Assembly (NCBI GenBank): GCA_038134805.1
Contig: JAYPVV010000002.1
Coordinates: 24,648-88,647, forward strand
Origin: Marinoscillum sp.
Lineage (GTDB): Bacteria; Bacteroidota; Bacteroidia; Cytophagales; MED-G16
Length of the DNA stretch: 64,000 nt
Direction of reading: 5' to 3'
Numbering within the stretch: the first letter of the stretch is position 1; each line of letters opens with the position of its first letter. This document shows positions 60,585-64,000 of the stretch, piece after piece. The notes under the pieces were generated by a model that did not search any database, had not been told where the DNA came from, and worked only from the letters and a program-made list of their open reading frames with translations. The position numbers and the translations under genes are program-made.

Positions 60585-63384
60585 ACCTAACGCTAAATTT
60601 AATTTCTCTTTTTGGAGAAATACTAGAAAAGATTGATTTCTTATCTTGGTAATAATAATAACTTTCAATTTTTTCGTTTAGAAGATTTTTGATTCCAAAA
60701 CCGATTTTAATATTGTTTAAAGATCCTAATGTGTAATTTATATTAAGATTTAAGCTATTATATGGCTCAGTATAGACATCAGGAACATAATTAATTCCAA
60801 CGATTTGCAATGTTTTTCCTTGTACATTATAATTTAAGGAGCCATCTAAGTCACCATTTACAGATACATAACTCAAACCTAGATTGACTAAAAATGGAGA
60901 CTGTCCTTGTAACACTCTTCTGTTTTCAACAATTTCATTAAATCTTGCAGATCTTAATCTTCCTTCATATTCTTTCTGATCCATTTCCTCTATAGATTTA
61001 ATTAAAGATGTATTAAAATTCATTTTAAAATTTGATAGAGATTCAGAAATGAAATTTAAATTTTTTCTAAATTCTATTTCGAGACCATAAACAGTTGCAT
61101 TATCTACATTTTTTGGAGTATAATCATTTGGATTTGCTCCATTAAAAACTACAAGTTCAATTGGATTTGTAAAATCTTTATAAAAAATACTTAATGAATA
61201 CATTTGAGCTTTTTCTTGAAAAAATTCCCACCTTAAATCGTAATTGTATATTGTAGTTGGTAAAATATTTATATTTCCAATAAAAGTTGTTGAAGTTACT
61301 GGATCAAATATTTGAGCAATAGATTTTTCTTTAAAAGATGGTCTGGCAATAGTTCTAGAAAATGAAAATCTTATATTAGACATTTCCTTTGCGTTATAAA
61401 TTACATTTATAGAAGGGAATAAATGAAAATCATTTAATAGATTTTCATCATCATAAACAATGTCTGCTTGTTGAGTCTGTCCAGTATAATATAAATTATA
61501 TTGTTCTGCTCTTAGACCAATAATACTTCTAAACTTATTTGAGATCGAAAATTCGTTTGATAAGTAAAATGATAGATTTTCTTGTCTTGCATTATAAGTA
61601 TTTGAAATTTCATAGTTCCCATTAATATAACTTCCTTTACCGGATTGCAATGTCCATAAATTTTGTTCTTCAAGAATTTCATCTGCTTCTCCAGTCCAAT
61701 TATATAAGTATCCTCTTCTAATATATATTCTATAATTAAGAACTTCAAAATCTCTTTCTTTATATGATAAATATGAGCCAAATTTTAGTTTTGCCTCATT
61801 ATTTAGAAAAGAGTAAGATTTAATTAGATCTATTTTTCCAGTTAGGTTGACTTCATCAAGGTATCTCCAAATTCTTGTAGGGTCTCCTGATTCACTAGGC
61901 TCAATAGAAAATCTGTCCTCATCCCATCTAAACGGAGTAAGCCTGAGATCTGGATCCGTCACTTTTGATATTGTTGGAGAGAGTTTCCAATTAAGAAGAA
62001 ATGATGCGTCAGAGTTAGAATGATTTCCTTCAACTAGTGCATTTGAGATTTGTCTTTGTGTGAATTCTAAATTGTCTTTATAGAGTTGAACTGAGTTTTC
62101 CCAAAGATATTCTTGATAGAATTTACCAGATCTAGATTCTCCATTCTGAAGGTGCAAAAGATTTAGTTTATATTTTGATTGTTTTGTCTTAAATGCAACG
62201 CCAAATAATCCACTTAAAAATGCATCTTTTTTACCTAGACTCCCAATTTGATATCTGTCAATAACTAAGTTATTTTCATTTGCATCTAGATCCTTTCTCA
62301 TCCAATAGTTTTCAAATTTTTCATAAAACGTGTAATCATTTTTAATATGAAATGTTCCAATAATCCCTATGCTATTTCCGGAGTTCAGTACGTATTGATT
62401 TCCGTAGCTGATACCAATCCCGAGGTTCATAAGACTTTTTCCAATTTTTGATGAAAGGGTAGGATTAAATGCTTTTGTTAAAGTTGTAAGTTCACTTTTA
62501 CTATCCACAGTGCTAGGAATATCTAAATTTTTGTCAATTGGTAATTCTCTTGATCCATCATCGAACCCAAGCCAATCAAATTTGCCTCCTTTGTAGACGG
62601 GAAAATTTGATTTAAAATGCATGCTTGGGTTGTAAGATCCACTCATACTTAGAGAAAAATTTTTTTCTTCAGGGAAATCAATTGTTTCTATATCAATTAA
62701 ACCCCCTGTAAAGTCAGCAGGAATATCAGCAGATGAAGATTTTAAAATTAGAACATTTTTAATGAGATTTGTTGGAAAAATATCCATTTGAATACTATTT
62801 CTATCTGGATCAAGCCCTGGTATATCTAAGCCATTTAAAATGGTTTTTGAGTATCTGTCACCAAGACCTCTAACGTATACATATTTTCCATCCTGAATAG
62901 AAACCCCTGGAACCCTTTTGACTGCTGATGCTGCATCGCTGTCTCCAATTTTCTTGAAATTTTCTGATGAAATTCCATCTAAAAGATTTGGAGACTTTCT
63001 TTGAACGCTAAGTATTGCAGCTTCATTATCATTAATTTGTTGTGCTGTAACAACAACACTTTCAAGTAACTCAGACTCATAGTCAAGACTAGCAGAAAGA
63101 GGAGTAATTAAACTATTTTCAATTTTAACATTTGTAATTAATATTGTTTCATATCCAACATATGAAAACTCAATTGAGTATTCTCCTTCATTAATTTCAA
63201 TATTATAGTTCCCTTCAAAATCTGTGGTTGTCCCAGTTCCTAATTCTTTAATTAAGACATTTGCAAAGGGTAAACCCTCTTGAGTTGATTTATCTTTTAG
63301 ACTTCCTCTTAATATCCCTTTTTGAGATAATGCAGAAAAATTACTTAAAAAAAATATGAAAATGATATAGATTTTTATTTTCAT
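60574..63384 (-). CDS. TonB-dependent outer-membrane receptor with an N-terminal carboxypeptidase-regulatory-like domain
   Basis: 936 aa: signal peptide, GILRGSL..LPFANV..TDFEGNY domain, plug (GVSIQDGKYVYVRGLGDRY), long beta barrel, and a terminal Phe (..VRFNF). Confidence 0.88.
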   Translation of the reverse strand: MKIKIYIIFIFFLSNFSALSQKGILRGSLKDKSTQEGLPFANVLIKELGTGTTTDFEGNYNIEINEGEYSIEFSYVGYETILITNVKIENSLITPLSASLDYESELLESVVVTAQQINDNEAAILSVQRKSPNLLDGISSENFKKIGDSDAASAVKRVPGVSIQDGKYVYVRGLGDRYSKTILNGLDIPGLDPDRNSIQMDIFPTNLIKNVLILKSSSADIPADFTGGLIDIETIDFPEEKNFSLSMSGSYNPSMHFKSNFPVYKGGKFDWLGFDDGSRELPIDKNLDIPSTVDSKSELTTLTKAFNPTLSSKIGKSLMNLGIGISYGNQYVLNSGNSIGIIGTFHIKNDYTFYEKFENYWMRKDLDANENNLVIDRYQIGSLGKKDAFLSGLFGVAFKTKQSKYKLNLLHLQNGESRSGKFYQEYLWENSVQLYKDNLEFTQRQISNALVEGNHSNSDASFLLNWKLSPTISKVTDPDLRLTPFRWDEDRFSIEPSESGDPTRIWRYLDEVNLTGKIDLIKSYSFLNNEAKLKFGSYLSYKERDFEVLNYRIYIRRGYLYNWTGEADEILEEQNLWTLQSGKGSYINGNYEISNTYNARQENLSFYLSNEFSISNKFRSIIGLRAEQYNLYYTGQTQQADIVYDDENLLNDFHLFPSINVIYNAKEMSNIRFSFSRTIARPSFKEKSIAQIFDPVTSTTFIGNINILPTTIYNYDLRWEFFQEKAQMYSLSIFYKDFTNPIELVVFNGANPNDYTPKNVDNATVYGLEIEFRKNLNFISESLSNFKMNFNTSLIKSIEEMDQKEYEGRLRSARFNEIVENRRVLQGQSPFLVNLGLSYVSVNGDLDGSLNYNVQGKTLQIVGINYVPDVYTEPYNSLNLNINYTLGSLNNIKIGFGIKNLLNEKIESYYYYQDKKSIFSSISPKREIKFSVRFNF

Positions 63385-63391
63385 AGTTTTG

Positions 63392-63399
63392 CAAAATTA
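63392..63399 (-). promoter_or_regulatory. Candidate -7 box (TAATTTTG on the minus strand) 7 nt upstream of the receptor ATG
   Basis: Exact TAnnTTTG merging with the T-tail of the upstream hairpin. Confidence 0.3.
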
Positions 63400-63431
63400 A
63401 AATAGCTCGGACTATGCCGAGCTATTTTTTC
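63398..63431 (-). terminator. Rho-independent terminator (symmetric, A-tract/T-tract flanked)
   Basis: atagctcgg (63402-63410) / ccgagctat (63417-63425): 9-bp stem, 6-nt loop, T-rich tail on the minus strand. Lies between the upstream partial gene and the receptor gene. Confidence 0.75.
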
Positions 63432-63454
63432 ATTAAGGAATTATTAAGATATTA

Positions 63455-64000
63455 TTAATTTAATAATTCATTAGCAGATGACCACGTCCAACTAAAAGCT
63501 GAAACATCAACACCTACAGTCCCAGAAGTTACTGCTGATGCAGCATCTTCACCGCTAGTGTTTTTTATCATTGTTCTTACATCTCCTATTTTAGGCATAA
63601 TATTTAAAATGTTATCATCTGAAGAATTAAGAATAATTTCCCAATTATCAAATGTTAATGTGTTATTTCCATCACCATATGTAATATCTGACCCAGAGCT
63701 TAATGAAATATCTCCATCATCTCCTGCAGGGAAGTTATAAACAAAAATATTTAAATTATTACCTAATGCTGATTTTCTAAAGTCAGCAATCTCACCTTTT
63801 GTAGATGATCCTGATCCAATAAGAGTTATCCCATCAAGAGTATATCCTGCTTCCATAGTTCCTTCTGGACCATCGATTTCTAGTGCATGATCAGAACCAG
63901 GTCCTTGAATTACTAAGGAATTTGTTATTGATCCTGAATAAGACTGATCAATATCTAAACCATCATCATTATGATGAGTTACTAAACAATAATCACAGTT
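63455..64000 (-). CDS. Hypothetical G/D/S/T-rich protein, C-terminal 181 codons (5' end outside the window)
   Basis: Hand check: the minus-strand frame stays open from the track's Met (63856) to nt 64000, giving ..HHNDDGLDIDQSYSGSI..HALEIDGPEG... No family assigned. Confidence 0.55.
   Translation of the reverse strand, partial: NCDYCLVTHHNDDGLDIDQSYSGSITNSLVIQGPGSDHALEIDGPEGTMEAGYTLDGITLIGSGSSTKGEIADFRKSALGNNLNIFVYNFPAGDDGDISLSSGSDITYGDGNNTLTFDNWEIILNSSDDNILNIMPKIGDVRTMIKNTSGEDAASAVTSGTVGVDVSAFSWTWSSANELLN

Noticed and set aside
1-64000. A search for mobile elements, defence systems, toxin-antitoxin pairs and CRISPR, covering transposase/integrase-like ORFs, inverted terminal repeats, repeat-spacer arrays, and clustered unknown ATPase or nuclease genes.
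   Set aside because: None was found. Every ORF above about 85 aa that is not a shadow is assignable to a housekeeping or common conserved family, and there are no large non-coding stretches.

Overview
This is a low-GC, very gene-dense window. It has 77 protein genes, short intergenic gaps (largest 233 nt) and many 1-17 nt gene overlaps. I found no rRNA, tRNA, CRISPR array, transposase, integrase or phage gene, and no obvious accessory island. Several signals point to a streamlined Flavobacteriia-like Bacteroidota chromosome (inference): fusA runs straight into rpsJ with no tuf; there are no Shine-Dalgarno motifs and start contexts are A-rich; one exact TTTG-N19-TAnnTTTG promoter is present; an LptD-like gene, an amidase and MlaD are neighbours; and there is a TonB-dependent receptor with a carboxypeptidase-regulatory-like N-terminus plus a DUF3108 gene.

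Layout:
- 1-15.0 kb: fusA (3' part) and the complete S10-spc-alpha ribosomal cluster, through secY, infA, rpmJ (absent from the ORF track), rpoA and rplQ.
- 15-24.9 kb: carA, eno, an ftsB-like gene, an M42 peptidase, an aroA-aroB-DAHP synthase/chorismate mutase operon on the minus strand, proline dehydrogenase and lysS.
- 24.9-31.9 kb: envelope genes (LptD-like, amidase, MlaD), a PPTase, a DivIVA-domain protein with a hyper-acidic tail, folB and a DUF1232 protein.
- 31.9-35.8 kb: prpB-prpC-prpD-dtd.
- 35.8-42.6 kb: Na+/H+ antiporter, MazG-like gene, gcvT with a ComB-like gene, rnhB, a Spy-like gene, a MATE transporter and plsC.
- 42.7-50.5 kb: hutH-hutU-hutI, a fused ftcD and an AGCS symporter.
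- 50.5-64 kb: zapA, pheT, DUF1684, rpsT, DUF2795, ispD, queA, an FtsX-type permease, recA, DUF3108, an orphan OmpR-type response regulator, a TonB-dependent receptor and a truncated secreted protein.

I did not find a convincing novel multi-gene system such as a defence or mobile element. The window reads as core genome. The observations most worth a second look are architectural:
1. Terminator / -7 box / ATG modules are packed so tightly that they imply leaderless or near-leaderless mRNAs.
2. Eight of nine convergent gene junctions have 3 nt or less of spacing, several with palindromic shared stop codons.
3. A DivIVA-domain protein carries a tail of about 200 aa that is roughly half Asp/Glu.

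All functional calls come from reading the supplied translations against remembered family signatures. No database search was run.
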